Below, piece by piece: positions 18,975-28,475 of a DNA stretch of 64,000 nt. The position numbers and the translations under genes were made by a program. The notes below the pieces were generated by a model. That model was not told where the DNA came from, made no database searches, and saw nothing but the letters and a program-made list of their open reading frames with translations. This DNA comes from Candidatus Nanoarchaeia archaeon. GTDB lineage: Archaea; Nanobdellota; Nanobdellia; Woesearchaeales; WJIZ01. Within the stretch, counting starts at the first letter, position 1. Every line of letters starts with the position of its first letter. The stretch covers positions 65,198 to 129,197 of the forward strand of contig JANQND010000009.1 in the NCBI GenBank assembly GCA_028279765.1. The letters run 5' to 3'.

Positions 18975-20894
18975 TTACTCTCCCTTAAACACCCGCCTAT
19001 AGAACGCAGCCTCTTTGGTCAGCGCATCAATATTATTCTCTTTCGTTCGAAATCCATGAGCCTCTCCTTCATATTCGATATATTCATGCAGAATCCCTTT
19101 TTCTTTGAGAATCAAGGCCATTTCCCGCGAACAGTCAGGCGTTACGATCTTATCTTCTGATCCCTGCAATATAATCATCGGAGCTTTTAATTTATCAAGA
19201 TGATTAATCGGAGAGCGATCTTTATATTCCTGCTCACTCTCAGACAACCGGGGACCGACAAGGTTTTCTATGTATCTGGCCTCAAACTTGTGTGTCTGCT
19301 CTACCAGCGTAATCAGGTTTCCGATGCCAAAGTAGGATGCACCAACAGCAAAGAGATCAGGATACTCAGTGAGTTCGCGCTGCACCATATATCCGCCTGC
19401 ACTTCCTCCCCGAATAGCGACCTGTGAACCATTGACTAGACCTTTCTCAGCCAAATGGGTGACCGCATCAGCAACATCCTGCGCATCAATAAGGCCCCAC
19501 TTTGCTAGCAAAGCATCTCGGTATGCGCGCCCATATCCCGTGCTTCCCCGATAATCAACATCCATGATCGCATACCCCGATGAAGTCCAGAATTGTTTTA
19601 TCAGGGAAAACGCCCCTGAGGTATTGCTTGTGGGGCCACCGTGAGCGAGCACTAATAGCGGAGGCTTTTCTTCAGCGGGAGCAGTATAAAAACTATTTTT
19701 TGGAAGAGATAAATATCCATATGCCTTTTCACCATCTTTCGTCGGATACGAAACCAGCTCTGCCCTACTCATTTCTTTAACAGTAATAGAACTATTCTTC
19801 CTGATAACCTCCACTTTCTGGTCAGCTAAATCTATGCGAATAACACTCGGGCCTTTTTCAGCACTGCTTCCGATACAGATAACGTCTCCAACAGCAGTCA
19901 CCTGAACGTATGCGAAGTGATCGTACCCTATATCAACAACCCGGGCCTTTTTGCTTTGCGGGTCAATAACTATCAATTCATCTGACCCTTTATTCTTTTT
20001 TGTAGCAACAAGGGTATTATCAGCGAAAAAACTATACGAAGACTGGCCAAAGACCCAATGAGGAGCCCCATATTCTGCTAAATCAGAGGTAACCGGTTGG
20101 ACAGTATTGTTATCGTAGCAGTAGATATTCCACCAGTTCTTCGGGTCTGCCTCTTCTTTCCCTGCCTCATCCATCACAAAATAAAGAACACCGTCAGCAT
20201 CAAATTTAGGATGGCAAACAGAAATCCCCTCTCCTCCGGCAATGATTTTTTTGCTTGAAACCGTAATACCATCAACCTGCGCCGAAACAAGCTCGGTGCT
20301 ATCCCAGGGCATATGAGGATGATTCCACTCTAACCAGGCAAGCTTTTCACTCTTATAAAAAATAGGGTCAGCATAGAAATCACGGCCTGAAGCAATAATG
20401 GTTGGCTCTCTAACTGAGCTATCACTCAAATCAAGAGCTCCGATAAAATTCTCATTTTCTTTCTCTGCATGCTCTTTTTCATACACAAAGACCAGTGTCT
20501 TTCCATCTTCGCTCACGCAAAGCGAGGCATACTTTCCCAAAGAACCATCTTTATTTTTTTCCGGCGTTAAAGCAATAACTTCGGATCCGTGCTGCTTGTA
20601 GAGGCGCTGATCCTCGAAATTGACAAAATAAACAATTCCTTCATGGACAGTATACACACCGCCACCATACTCATGAACTCTGCTGCGAACAGTATAGCCT
20701 GGAGGGGTGATGTCTATCATTTCCCCTCTCTCATCGCGCTTCACGATTACGTACCTGCCTTTATCTGCGATTCGCAGCTCTACCCAATATACAGTGTTAC
20801 CATCAACAACAATCTCGCTGAGCCCGACAACATCAGAAAATACCTGCTCGGCACTAACAAGTGGCTTCCAGTCCAGAAAGGATGCTTGCGGCAT
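18975..20894 (-). CDS. S9 family peptidase (acylaminoacyl/dipeptidyl peptidase)
   Basis: HGGPT, DYRGSTGYGR, GGSAGG nucleophile, QGSED, EAHGF. Confidence 0.93.
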   Translation of the reverse strand: MPQASFLDWKPLVSAEQVFSDVVGLSEIVVDGNTVYWVELRIADKGRYVIVKRDERGEMIDITPPGYTVRSRVHEYGGGVYTVHEGIVYFVNFEDQRLYKQHGSEVIALTPEKNKDGSLGKYASLCVSEDGKTLVFVYEKEHAEKENENFIGALDLSDSSVREPTIIASGRDFYADPIFYKSEKLAWLEWNHPHMPWDSTELVSAQVDGITVSSKKIIAGGEGISVCHPKFDADGVLYFVMDEAGKEEADPKNWWNIYCYDNNTVQPVTSDLAEYGAPHWVFGQSSYSFFADNTLVATKKNKGSDELIVIDPQSKKARVVDIGYDHFAYVQVTAVGDVICIGSSAEKGPSVIRIDLADQKVEVIRKNSSITVKEMSRAELVSYPTKDGEKAYGYLSLPKNSFYTAPAEEKPPLLVLAHGGPTSNTSGAFSLIKQFWTSSGYAIMDVDYRGSTGYGRAYRDALLAKWGLIDAQDVADAVTHLAEKGLVNGSQVAIRGGSAGGYMVQRELTEYPDLFAVGASYFGIGNLITLVEQTHKFEARYIENLVGPRLSESEQEYKDRSPINHLDKLKAPMIILQGSEDKIVTPDCSREMALILKEKGILHEYIEYEGEAHGFRTKENNIDALTKEAAFYRRVFKGE

Positions 20895-20895
20895 T

Positions 20896-21213
20896 TTATC
20901 GCTGTACGAACTCCTTGTCTGTCTCAATACAGTGCTTAGCCCGTACTAACTCAGCAGAAATATATCCCATGTGTTCAGGGGTTAATGAATAGCGCTTTGC
21001 AATCTCTTTGATGATATTATAGGGGTTTTCTCCCCGAAATTCTGCAACCATTTTGTGATTGACTAAAAAACCACATTGAATCTCATTTCCTTCAACCTTA
21101 ACCAGAAAATATCCTGCCTTATCCTCATTCCAGGGGAATGCTAAAGAGTCGGTATGAATTATCTCTCTGTCTTGCGGGATGTCCATCTTGTGAAATGTTC
21201 CTTGTTTTTCCAT
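20896..21213 (-). CDS. DUF4346-like protein
   Basis: DKAGYFLV, H.GY...EL.RA, FVQ terminus. Confidence 0.7.
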   Translation of the reverse strand: MEKQGTFHKMDIPQDREIIHTDSLAFPWNEDKAGYFLVKVEGNEIQCGFLVNHKMVAEFRGENPYNIIKEIAKRYSLTPEHMGYISAELVRAKHCIETDKEFVQR

Positions 21214-21296
21214 ATCTTTCGTGTACGCACCATATTTTTAAAGATTGTGAGTATCTATCACATTATTTATATACCATCACTCGCGTTTCTCTGACC

Positions 21297-21686
21297 ATGC
21301 AAAAAATAATCCTTGATACGAACTTTTTACTCCTTCCCTCAGAGTTCAAAGTAGACATCTTTGCGCAAATCAGGGAAGTCATGAATGACCCCTATAAGCT
21401 CTATATTATTGACAAGACTCTTGAGGAGCTGGATTCCATTATCAAGAACCAGAGAGGAAAGCACAAAAAAGCAGCACAATTTGCTCTTGAACTGATTAAG
21501 AAGCACGATATTAGTTCTATTGATACTTCCTCAGACCATCATGTAGACGATCAAATCCTCAATCTCATAGAAAAAGAGCCCTATATCATTGCAACACAGG
21601 ACAGGGAGCTTAAACAGAGAATTAAGGAAAAATCAGGAAAATTACTCGTTCTACGCCAAAAAAAGTACCTGCAACTACAAGAGTGA
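21297..21686 (+). CDS. PIN-domain protein (Fcf1/Utp24-like)
   Basis: ILDTNFL, VDD, IATQDRELK; conserved position before rpoE1. Confidence 0.88.
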   Translation: MQKIILDTNFLLLPSEFKVDIFAQIREVMNDPYKLYIIDKTLEELDSIIKNQRGKHKKAAQFALELIKKHDISSIDTSSDHHVDDQILNLIEKEPYIIATQDRELKQRIKEKSGKLLVLRQKKYLQLQE

Positions 21687-21751
21687 GCATACGTTAACTT
21701 TATAAATGCAATCCTTATCCCATCCCTTAATTGTACTAGAGGGAAAACTAC

Positions 21752-22333
21752 ATGTTTTACAGAACAGAATTAAAAGATCACATCCGGGTTCCGCCAAATA
21801 TCTTTGATGTACCGCTTGAAGAAGCAATTGTTCAGCGGGTAAAAAAGAAATACGAAGGATATATTTCAAAGGATTTCGGAATTGTCATTGACGTACTCAG
21901 CATCGATAACATTGGAGAAGGGATTATTATTCCAGGTGACGGCGCACCATATTATAAGATTGATTTTGAACTTCTTACCTACAAGCCTGAAATGCAGGAA
22001 GTAGTCTTGGGCAAGATCAAGGATATCGCTGATTTCGGTGCATTTATCAATTTAGGCCCTATCGACGGTATGATTCATGTATCCCAAACTATGGATGATT
22101 TTGTGTCCTTCTCAAAAGAGAAAGTGCTTACCGGAAAAGAATCAAAGCGTGTTCTCAAAGTGGGAGACAGCTGCCGGGCAAGAATTATCGCCGTATCTTT
22201 CAAGGACCTGCAAAATCCTAAAATCGGACTTACGATGAGGCAGACAGGCTTAGGTAAGCTCGAGTGGGTTGAAGAGGACCAGGCTCCTAAGGAAGCTGCC
22301 AAACCAGCTGCAAAAAAGAAAGGAAAGAAGTAA
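21752..22333 (+). CDS. rpoE1: RNA polymerase subunit E' (Rpo7)
   Basis: IRVPP, IIPGDG, FGAFINLGPIDGMIHVSQ, KIGLTMRQ.GLGK. Confidence 0.96.
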   Translation: MFYRTELKDHIRVPPNIFDVPLEEAIVQRVKKKYEGYISKDFGIVIDVLSIDNIGEGIIIPGDGAPYYKIDFELLTYKPEMQEVVLGKIKDIADFGAFINLGPIDGMIHVSQTMDDFVSFSKEKVLTGKESKRVLKVGDSCRARIIAVSFKDLQNPKIGLTMRQTGLGKLEWVEEDQAPKEAAKPAAKKKGKK

Positions 22334-22528
22334 ATGGCAAAAAAACTCGCATCAAAACAGACAAAGGAATTACTCACTGATGTAGAAATCAGAGAAAAGA
22401 AACTTCGAAAAGAAGACTTCACGCCTACCTGGCAGGGAAGAGTGTTCATTCTTGATACTGAAAAGTCCCATATTGCTCAGCAAATGGATATCAAATCAAA
22501 AGGGGAATATGCAATAAAGATTAGGTGA
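22334..22528 (+). CDS. spt4: Transcription elongation factor Spt4 (RpoE''), Cys-less variant
   Basis: WQGRVFILD.EKS.IA..M.I...GEYAIKIR; syntenic after rpoE1. Confidence 0.85.
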   Translation: MAKKLASKQTKELLTDVEIREKKLRKEDFTPTWQGRVFILDTEKSHIAQQMDIKSKGEYAIKIR

Positions 22529-23125
22529 TTGTTCTTGACTATTGAAATAAAAGATAAAAAGGAGAATATTCTGCTGTCAAGAGAAGAGATTTCAGCAGAA
22601 TTATCCTTCGACAAAAAAGCAACTCCATCAACAGAGCAAGTAAGAGAACTGCTTGCAAAAGAGCTGGGGGCTGACAAAGATTTAGTAGTAGTAAAAGAAA
22701 TAGATACTTCTTACGGCGATACTTCAGCAAAAGTATTTGCTTATCGGTATATTAGTAAGGATGAGCTTCTAAAGCTCGAGCCAATCTTTGCTAAGAAAGA
22801 AGCAGCAGCGCAGGCTGAAGCAGCAAAGAAAGCAGAAGAAGAGAAGAAAAAAGCAGAGGAAGAAAAAGCTAAGCAGGAAGCAGAAAAGAAAGAAGAAGCT
22901 TCTGCGGAAGAGAAAAAGGAAGAAGAAAAGCCAGCAGAAGAGCCGAAGGATGAACAAGTAGCAGAAGAAAAGAAAGAGGAGCCTAAGCCTAAGGAAGAAG
23001 CAAAGGCAGAGTCTAAACCTGAGGAGAAGAAGGAAGAGCCTGCTCCGGCTGATACGAAAGAAGAAAAGAAATCCGAAGATACTCCTAAAGATACTGATGA
23101 TAAAAAAGAAGAAAAGAGTGAATAA
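22529..23125 (+). CDS. rps24e: Ribosomal protein eS24 with long E/K/A/P-rich extension
   Basis: [15 protein letters not shown]...AKVFAYRY; synteny. Confidence 0.88.
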   Translation: MFLTIEIKDKKENILLSREEISAELSFDKKATPSTEQVRELLAKELGADKDLVVVKEIDTSYGDTSAKVFAYRYISKDELLKLEPIFAKKEAAAQAEAAKKAEEEKKKAEEEKAKQEAEKKEEASAEEKKEEEKPAEEPKDEQVAEEKKEEPKPKEEAKAESKPEEKKEEPAPADTKEEKKSEDTPKDTDDKKEEKSE

Positions 23126-23130
23126 ATAAA

Positions 23131-23331
23131 ATGGCAGCAAAGAAAAAAGATTCCAAAGGCAAGAAAGAAAAAGTAAAAAAGCCATTCAATCGTTATAAAA
23201 TGTATTCTGTTTCCGGTGATAAGGTAGAAAGAAAGAACAAACTCTGCCCGAAATGTGACTCCTATCTTGCAGCTCACAAAGACCGCATGACCTGCGGTAA
23301 ATGCGGGTATGTCGAGATGAAGTCTAAATAA
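23131..23331 (+). CDS. rps27ae: Ribosomal protein eS31 (S27ae)
   Basis: CPKC...LAAHKDR.TCGKCGY. Confidence 0.95.
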   Translation: MAAKKKDSKGKKEKVKKPFNRYKMYSVSGDKVERKNKLCPKCDSYLAAHKDRMTCGKCGYVEMKSK

Positions 23332-23337
23332 CTCAAA

Positions 23338-24306
23338 TTAATTTATTTTTTCTGGGAAAAAATCTATTCCATAGTCATCAAGAATCTGTGCAATCTCATA
23401 ATTTTGAATAATGCTGAACTTATTTCTCATATCGATGATAAATTGTTGAAGCTCTCTGGCATCTTTGACATGGATCTCAATATCTAGATCCCACTCCCCC
23501 ATTAGTTTTACCGTATCAAATATTCCCGCAACAGATTTCAGATAATTGAGCAATTCGGCTTCTTGATCGATATAAGCTGTATTATATCTGATAAATATCT
23601 TATACGATAATTTAGACAAATGGTTGAAGTTTACAATACATTTGTATCCACAAATAATTCTTTTCTTTTCCATCTTTTGGATTCGGTGCTTCACTGCATT
23701 TCTTGTTAAGCCAACAGTTCTGGCAATTTCTTCTGTCTTTATTCTTGAATTATATTTGATTAATGTGAGAACTTTTCTGTCAGTCTTGTCTAAAACGATA
23801 TCCTCTTTCTCTTTGAGCATCTGATTTCCCTCTCGAATACTCTTGTTTTCTATGAAGTATCCATAAGTATAGAAATCAATGTGAAGCATTCGCAGAGATT
23901 CGTAGCTTTCAACAATGGCCTTATTCTTCTTCACTATATCGGTAATCATTGAAACAAAATGGTTAGAATCTTTTGCAAAGATGTCAATGATAAGGTCAAA
24001 GGAACCCGAGATATAACCCACCCAGAATGTGGGGTAGTTGACAAAAAGTTTTTCTGCAAACTCTTTTTGTGTCTTCTTATTGATATTCTTTAATCGCATA
24101 TGGATCCTATAGGAAGAGAAGCCAAGCTTTGCAGCGTCAATTAAGGTATAAAACGAGTATATGGTGTTTTGTTTCAATAATCTATTTATTCGATAGTCTA
24201 CCACTTGCGGACTTAATCTCACTTCTTTTCCAAGCTGAGATAAGGAGATATTTGGGTCTCTATCTAGAACACCCAGAATTCTCTTATCTTTGAGAGTTAT
24301 CTTCAT
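23338..24306 (-). CDS. Tandem Lrp/AsnC-family regulator
   Basis: Two HTH-RAM units (KDKRIL..L.....SLSQLG; DKTDRKVL..I....R...EEIA). Confidence 0.88.
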   Translation of the reverse strand: MKITLKDKRILGVLDRDPNISLSQLGKEVRLSPQVVDYRINRLLKQNTIYSFYTLIDAAKLGFSSYRIHMRLKNINKKTQKEFAEKLFVNYPTFWVGYISGSFDLIIDIFAKDSNHFVSMITDIVKKNKAIVESYESLRMLHIDFYTYGYFIENKSIREGNQMLKEKEDIVLDKTDRKVLTLIKYNSRIKTEEIARTVGLTRNAVKHRIQKMEKKRIICGYKCIVNFNHLSKLSYKIFIRYNTAYIDQEAELLNYLKSVAGIFDTVKLMGEWDLDIEIHVKDARELQQFIIDMRNKFSIIQNYEIAQILDDYGIDFFPEKIN

Positions 24307-24399
24307 TTTATGAATTAAGTCAGTATTTATTAATAAATATTGCTATTTTTCAAAATTATAAGTAAGAAATTTTATTAATTTAGCTGAATCCCTAATTCC

Positions 24400-24843
24400 A
24401 TGGGTCCAAAAGAACTCCGTCAAAGGCATGACTTAGCCGCGCAAACGATAGTTGATACCTTTGGAAATAATCTTGATAAGATTTTGATCTATACAACATG
24501 TGATCTTGATGACGAATATGGAATTGTAGATGATGTGGAAATTTTAGTAAAGAATAAGGAGAAACTTCGTAGCAATGTGAGAACTTTTATCACTAGATTA
24601 TTTGATGAAGACTCTCTAGTAAACAAGATTTCTAATTCATTCATTGAATACATAGGAAAGGCCCTTGTACCAAAACCGAATGATCTCATGTATAGTTTCG
24701 GACTCACACATATTATTTCAGAATTGCCCGAATATATTGCCTTAGAGAAAGGAGTTTCGAAACAGAAATTATTATCATATTTCGAAATCCCTCTTGTTCA
24801 AGAAAATCGTGGATCCTATTTCATCCAAGGATCATTATCATAG
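24400..24843 (+). CDS. Hypothetical protein
   Basis: 147-aa ORF filling gap. Confidence 0.55.
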   Translation: MGPKELRQRHDLAAQTIVDTFGNNLDKILIYTTCDLDDEYGIVDDVEILVKNKEKLRSNVRTFITRLFDEDSLVNKISNSFIEYIGKALVPKPNDLMYSFGLTHIISELPEYIALEKGVSKQKLLSYFEIPLVQENRGSYFIQGSLS

Positions 24844-24853
24844 AACCAAAATA

Positions 24854-25384
24854 TTACTTCTTAGTTTTCTTCTTTTTCGATTTCTTCGCAGCTTTTTTCT
24901 GTGCAAGCGACCTTCTAACTTTAGGCCAGTGATCTTCATCAACAATATAGCCTATACACCGGGACGTTCCACATCGGCAGGGGTGGTCCTGATAATCCTC
25001 GAAATCATAATTATAATTATACGATAGCTCTTCCCCTTTCTTAATATCTCGAAGCGCAATAATCCAGATATGCCCTTTTATGATGTCCACTTCACAATTA
25101 GGATCGCAGGAATGATTGATGTATTTTGCAGTGTTATAGGGTACATTCCCATCAATATCATATCGCTTGTTGAGCTCAAAAATATACACGGCACCATTAT
25201 CCGAGTTCTCAGAATGATTATCCAGGTCACGATCTGCACGCTTGTCAGATTCTGCCTTAGTGACTTTTTCCCCCACGTATTCGATGATGCGCGCACCTTT
25301 AGGAATATCTTTTTTTGCAAAAATGCCGTTATTATGTATCTTTGATTTCTTTTGAAGAACATATGGTGATGTTGTTTTTCTCAT
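24854..25384 (-). CDS. SET-domain protein-lysine methyltransferase with post-SET and Lys-rich tail
   Basis: IEYVGE, YINHSCDPN, GEELSYNY, CRCGTSRC. Confidence 0.93.
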   Translation of the reverse strand: MRKTTSPYVLQKKSKIHNNGIFAKKDIPKGARIIEYVGEKVTKAESDKRADRDLDNHSENSDNGAVYIFELNKRYDIDGNVPYNTAKYINHSCDPNCEVDIIKGHIWIIALRDIKKGEELSYNYNYDFEDYQDHPCRCGTSRCIGYIVDEDHWPKVRRSLAQKKAAKKSKKKKTKK

Positions 25385-25436
25385 CACCAAAATTGAAAAC
25401 AAGCGCCTTATAAGCTTTTCTTTTTTACTGTTCTTC

Positions 25437-25453
25437 CACTGGACAGTCCAGTG
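25437..25453. promoter_or_regulatory. Perfect palindrome between divergent promoters, candidate operator
   Basis: CACTGGAC-A-GTCCAGTG. Confidence 0.45.
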
Positions 25454-25494
25454 CCAGCGTCACGTATAAAAACTCATTCTACTGGAAAATAAGC

Positions 25495-26256
25495 ATGATC
25501 CAAAGCACCTTTCAAATCCTTGAGCGCGTTGCAGGTCAGAAAGAGAAAAGCCTCTGGAAAGCGGGCATCTTCGATTGGGACACTTTTATGCGAAAAGACT
25601 CTATTAAAGGCATTGCAAAACAAAAGAAATCCTATTTTGATAGACAATTGGTTCATGCAAAAAAAGCTCTTCACAATCAGTTGTCCTCCTACTTCATTGA
25701 CAAAATTCCCTCAACAGAGACCTGGCGGCTCTATGATTCCTTCAGGGAGGATGCTGTTTTTCTCGACATTGAAACAGAAGGAGTTGGAGCACAAGCGGAC
25801 ATTACGGTCATGGGGCTTTATGACGGGCTGAATACCAAAACCATGATTAAAGGAGTGAACATGGACTATCAAGCACTAAAGCAAGAATTAGCAAATTACA
25901 AGCTCATCATCACTTTTAATGGGTCCAGTTTCGACATTCCATTCATCCAGAAGCGATATAACATCCTTCCTCAGATACCTCACATCGATCTAAGGCATTG
26001 CTGTGCACGGCTAGGACTAACCGGAGGATTAAAAGAAATCGAAAAACAATTTGGGATTAAAAGAAACCCCATCATAGAAAAGCTCTATGGTGGAGACGTA
26101 CTAACTCTCTGGAAAATGTACAAAGGATCAGGTGATCGCCATTATCTTGATCTTCTGGTTGAATATAACGAAGAGGATGTGATTAATCTGAAAAAAATAA
26201 TGAATTACTGCTATGAAAAACTAGGGGAGGGAATCAAAAATGAAATTGCAGCTTAA
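25495..26256 (+). CDS. RNase H-like 3'-5' exonuclease (YprB/RNase_H_2 family)
   Basis: FLDIETEG, TFNGSSFDIPF, HIDL, GGLKEIE, YNEEDV. Confidence 0.88.
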   Translation: MIQSTFQILERVAGQKEKSLWKAGIFDWDTFMRKDSIKGIAKQKKSYFDRQLVHAKKALHNQLSSYFIDKIPSTETWRLYDSFREDAVFLDIETEGVGAQADITVMGLYDGLNTKTMIKGVNMDYQALKQELANYKLIITFNGSSFDIPFIQKRYNILPQIPHIDLRHCCARLGLTGGLKEIEKQFGIKRNPIIEKLYGGDVLTLWKMYKGSGDRHYLDLLVEYNEEDVINLKKIMNYCYEKLGEGIKNEIAA

Positions 26257-26602
26257 CAAAGCATTTTTTGGAAAGAATAACTGTTTCAAGCTTATTCTCA
26301 ATACTCAGAATGAATGTTACTTTCATTTTGGTGTGCAGCAGGATAATGTCTATCAATGGAAAAAAGTAAAAATAAATGATATGGAACTGGGAGAAATCGT
26401 TCAGGTATTAAGAAAAGACAAACCCTCAGTAAGTTTCTTCCACAAATATAATGGGACAGATACACAAATCTGGGTGAATAGAAAAGACAAGTTCTTCTTC
26501 ATTAAAGTAAAAGAACTCTCCAAGTCCTTTTCAGAGGGAGAGCAGGAAGTGCTGCGGGTATTGCTTGAACAATCCATTTGGAAGATGAATGCAGTAGCAT
26601 AA
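26240..26602 (+). CDS. Whirly-like putative ssDNA-binding protein
   Basis: YQWKK.K....ELGEI..VL......SFFH pattern and C-terminal helix E.EVLRVLL. Confidence 0.55.
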   Translation: MKLQLNKAFFGKNNCFKLILNTQNECYFHFGVQQDNVYQWKKVKINDMELGEIVQVLRKDKPSVSFFHKYNGTDTQIWVNRKDKFFFIKVKELSKSFSEGEQEVLRVLLEQSIWKMNAVA

Positions 26603-26667
26603 GGCAGGAAATCCTATTCCAAAACATTAATAAAAGAGAACGACCATCCTATTGAGAGTAAAAAAAC

Positions 26668-27177
26668 ATGAAAATCGCAATTCTGGCAGCAGACGGCTAT
26701 GAAGATCAGGAATTGTGGTATCCTAGGTTCAGACTTCTTGAAGAAGGATATGCAGTGATCGTTGCCGCTGCAGATACAAACAACAAAATCAGCAAGTATG
26801 GTTATCCAACTAAAGTAGACCAACTCACTTCTGATCTCAATGCAGATGATTTTGATGCAGTCGTTATCCCCGGTGGAATTAAGGGTGCGGAGAGTCTGCG
26901 CATGGATCCGCAGGTTACGGGGTTCGTAAAGCAGATGTACGAACAGAAGAAACCGGTTGCCTCTATCTGTCATGGGGCATGGGTGTTGATCTCTGCAATT
27001 CCTATCAAAGGTAAAAAAATAACCTGCTATAAAGGTATGAAGGATGATCTTATTGTTGGAGGGGCTGATTACGTAGATGAAAAAGTCGTGGTAGACGGGA
27101 ATCTTATCACTTCACGAATGCCTACGGATCTTCCCGCTTTTATGAAAGAACTACTCAAACAATTGATAAGCAACTGA
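26668..27177 (+). CDS. PfpI/DJ-1 family protein
   Basis: YEDQEL.YP, IPGG, ICHG, VVVDGNLITSR. Confidence 0.93.
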   Translation: MKIAILAADGYEDQELWYPRFRLLEEGYAVIVAAADTNNKISKYGYPTKVDQLTSDLNADDFDAVVIPGGIKGAESLRMDPQVTGFVKQMYEQKKPVASICHGAWVLISAIPIKGKKITCYKGMKDDLIVGGADYVDEKVVVDGNLITSRMPTDLPAFMKELLKQLISN

Positions 27178-27189
27178 GGTGAACAAGCA

Positions 27190-27495
27190 ATGCTAAGTAA
27201 AATTAAATGTACGGGAGATTTTTCCAGAGTGCTTGATGAGGAAAAAGATCTCATTAATGAAAAATTACAGAAGTTTACGGAAAAACATTCTATTGATTTT
27301 TCTGAAATGCATTTGAGTCTGGATTGCCATATCGATAAAGAGACTTCAAGAGGAAGGACCGGCTACACCGTGAGAATTAATATCGACTCCGATAACGGCA
27401 GATTCCATGCAGACGGTAAAGATTTCGGTGCTGAAAAAACCATCTCCGGTGTTCTAAAGAAACTGGACACACAGATACAGAAGCATAGGGGATGA
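27190..27495 (+). CDS. Stand-alone HPF/RaiA-like domain protein
   Basis: beta-alpha-beta-beta-beta-alpha pattern; GRFHA...DF......VLKKLDTQI. Confidence 0.55.
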   Translation: MLSKIKCTGDFSRVLDEEKDLINEKLQKFTEKHSIDFSEMHLSLDCHIDKETSRGRTGYTVRINIDSDNGRFHADGKDFGAEKTISGVLKKLDTQIQKHRG

Positions 27496-27565
27496 GAGTT
27501 ATTACTGTTTTTTTTCTTATCATTCTTTCATAAGTTATTTATAGGGTTTGATTTATGATTATATC

Positions 27566-28366
27566 ATGGACCTTAAGTCTCAAATTGGGCCGTTCCAGCA
27601 AATCTGCGATAAGATTTTGCAAGTTTATCGCATTAGGCTGTTGTGCCTGCAAAGGCGAGAAAGGGTATTAGCTAAATTCTCTAATACTACCGCTTTAGGC
27701 GCGATGCAGGCTAAGGATAAGAATGTTTTCTTAAGCTGTATAGCTAAGGAAGAGAAGATTCTTGAAATAATTCATCGAGAGGGAGGCAAAGGGGAGACTA
27801 TACTTAAGCATACAGGGAAAGCATTAAAAAAGGCATATGCAAGCACAAAGAATAAAAAAGGAGAAAATAAAGTAGAATTTTGGCTGATCAATTACGGGGA
27901 TCCTCAGATTCGGACTTTTATTAAGAGTGTAGCACTGTTCTTTGAATTGCTCTCTAAAGAAATCAAACCTATTAAAAAGAGGCTTGAATATGAAAAAAAA
28001 GCGCTAGAGTCTCGTCAGCAGGATCATATTGTAGCTTTCCTTACTCAATGGAAAAAAGAAGTAGAGACTAATCGTGAAATCGCAGAGGAGTATCTCCAAC
28101 TTCTCAACTCACATCAAGAAGTGATGAATCGACTTCTCATGCTTGACAGCAAAAAAAAAGACTTTGGCTTAGGACTTGCCACTGCAGCCAGTCCTTACAT
28201 TGCTCCAACCGTTATGGCAGGAGCGGTATTCGTGGGTATCGGTGCAGTTCTTATCGTAGCACGAAGGTTTCTCATAGGTATGCAGCCACTTATGCAGTTT
28301 GAATTAAAGGGGTATCAAAAGGATAAAGATCTTTTCCATTCTCTTAAGAAAAAAGGGCTAACCTGA
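27566..28366 (+). CDS. Hypothetical membrane-anchored helical protein
   Basis: Long ORF with C-terminal hydrophobic segment. Confidence 0.55.
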   Translation: MDLKSQIGPFQQICDKILQVYRIRLLCLQRRERVLAKFSNTTALGAMQAKDKNVFLSCIAKEEKILEIIHREGGKGETILKHTGKALKKAYASTKNKKGENKVEFWLINYGDPQIRTFIKSVALFFELLSKEIKPIKKRLEYEKKALESRQQDHIVAFLTQWKKEVETNREIAEEYLQLLNSHQEVMNRLLMLDSKKKDFGLGLATAASPYIAPTVMAGAVFVGIGAVLIVARRFLIGMQPLMQFELKGYQKDKDLFHSLKKKGLT

Positions 28367-28475
28367 AGGAAATCTGCAGAGTACTGGAAGATTTTCATTG
28401 GATCTCATACTTCAGTAACAAAGTATATTCCTCCAAACACAAACATTAATATACTCACCGCTCTGCTCAAAAAAA

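Noticed and set aside
18897-19160. 87-aa ORF across the structured repeat
   Set aside because: Antisense to the peptidase 3' end; no evidence the equivalent frame is conserved at copy 2
22741-23277. Phe/Ser/Leu-rich antisense ORFs
   Set aside because: Mirror of the purine-rich eS24 tail
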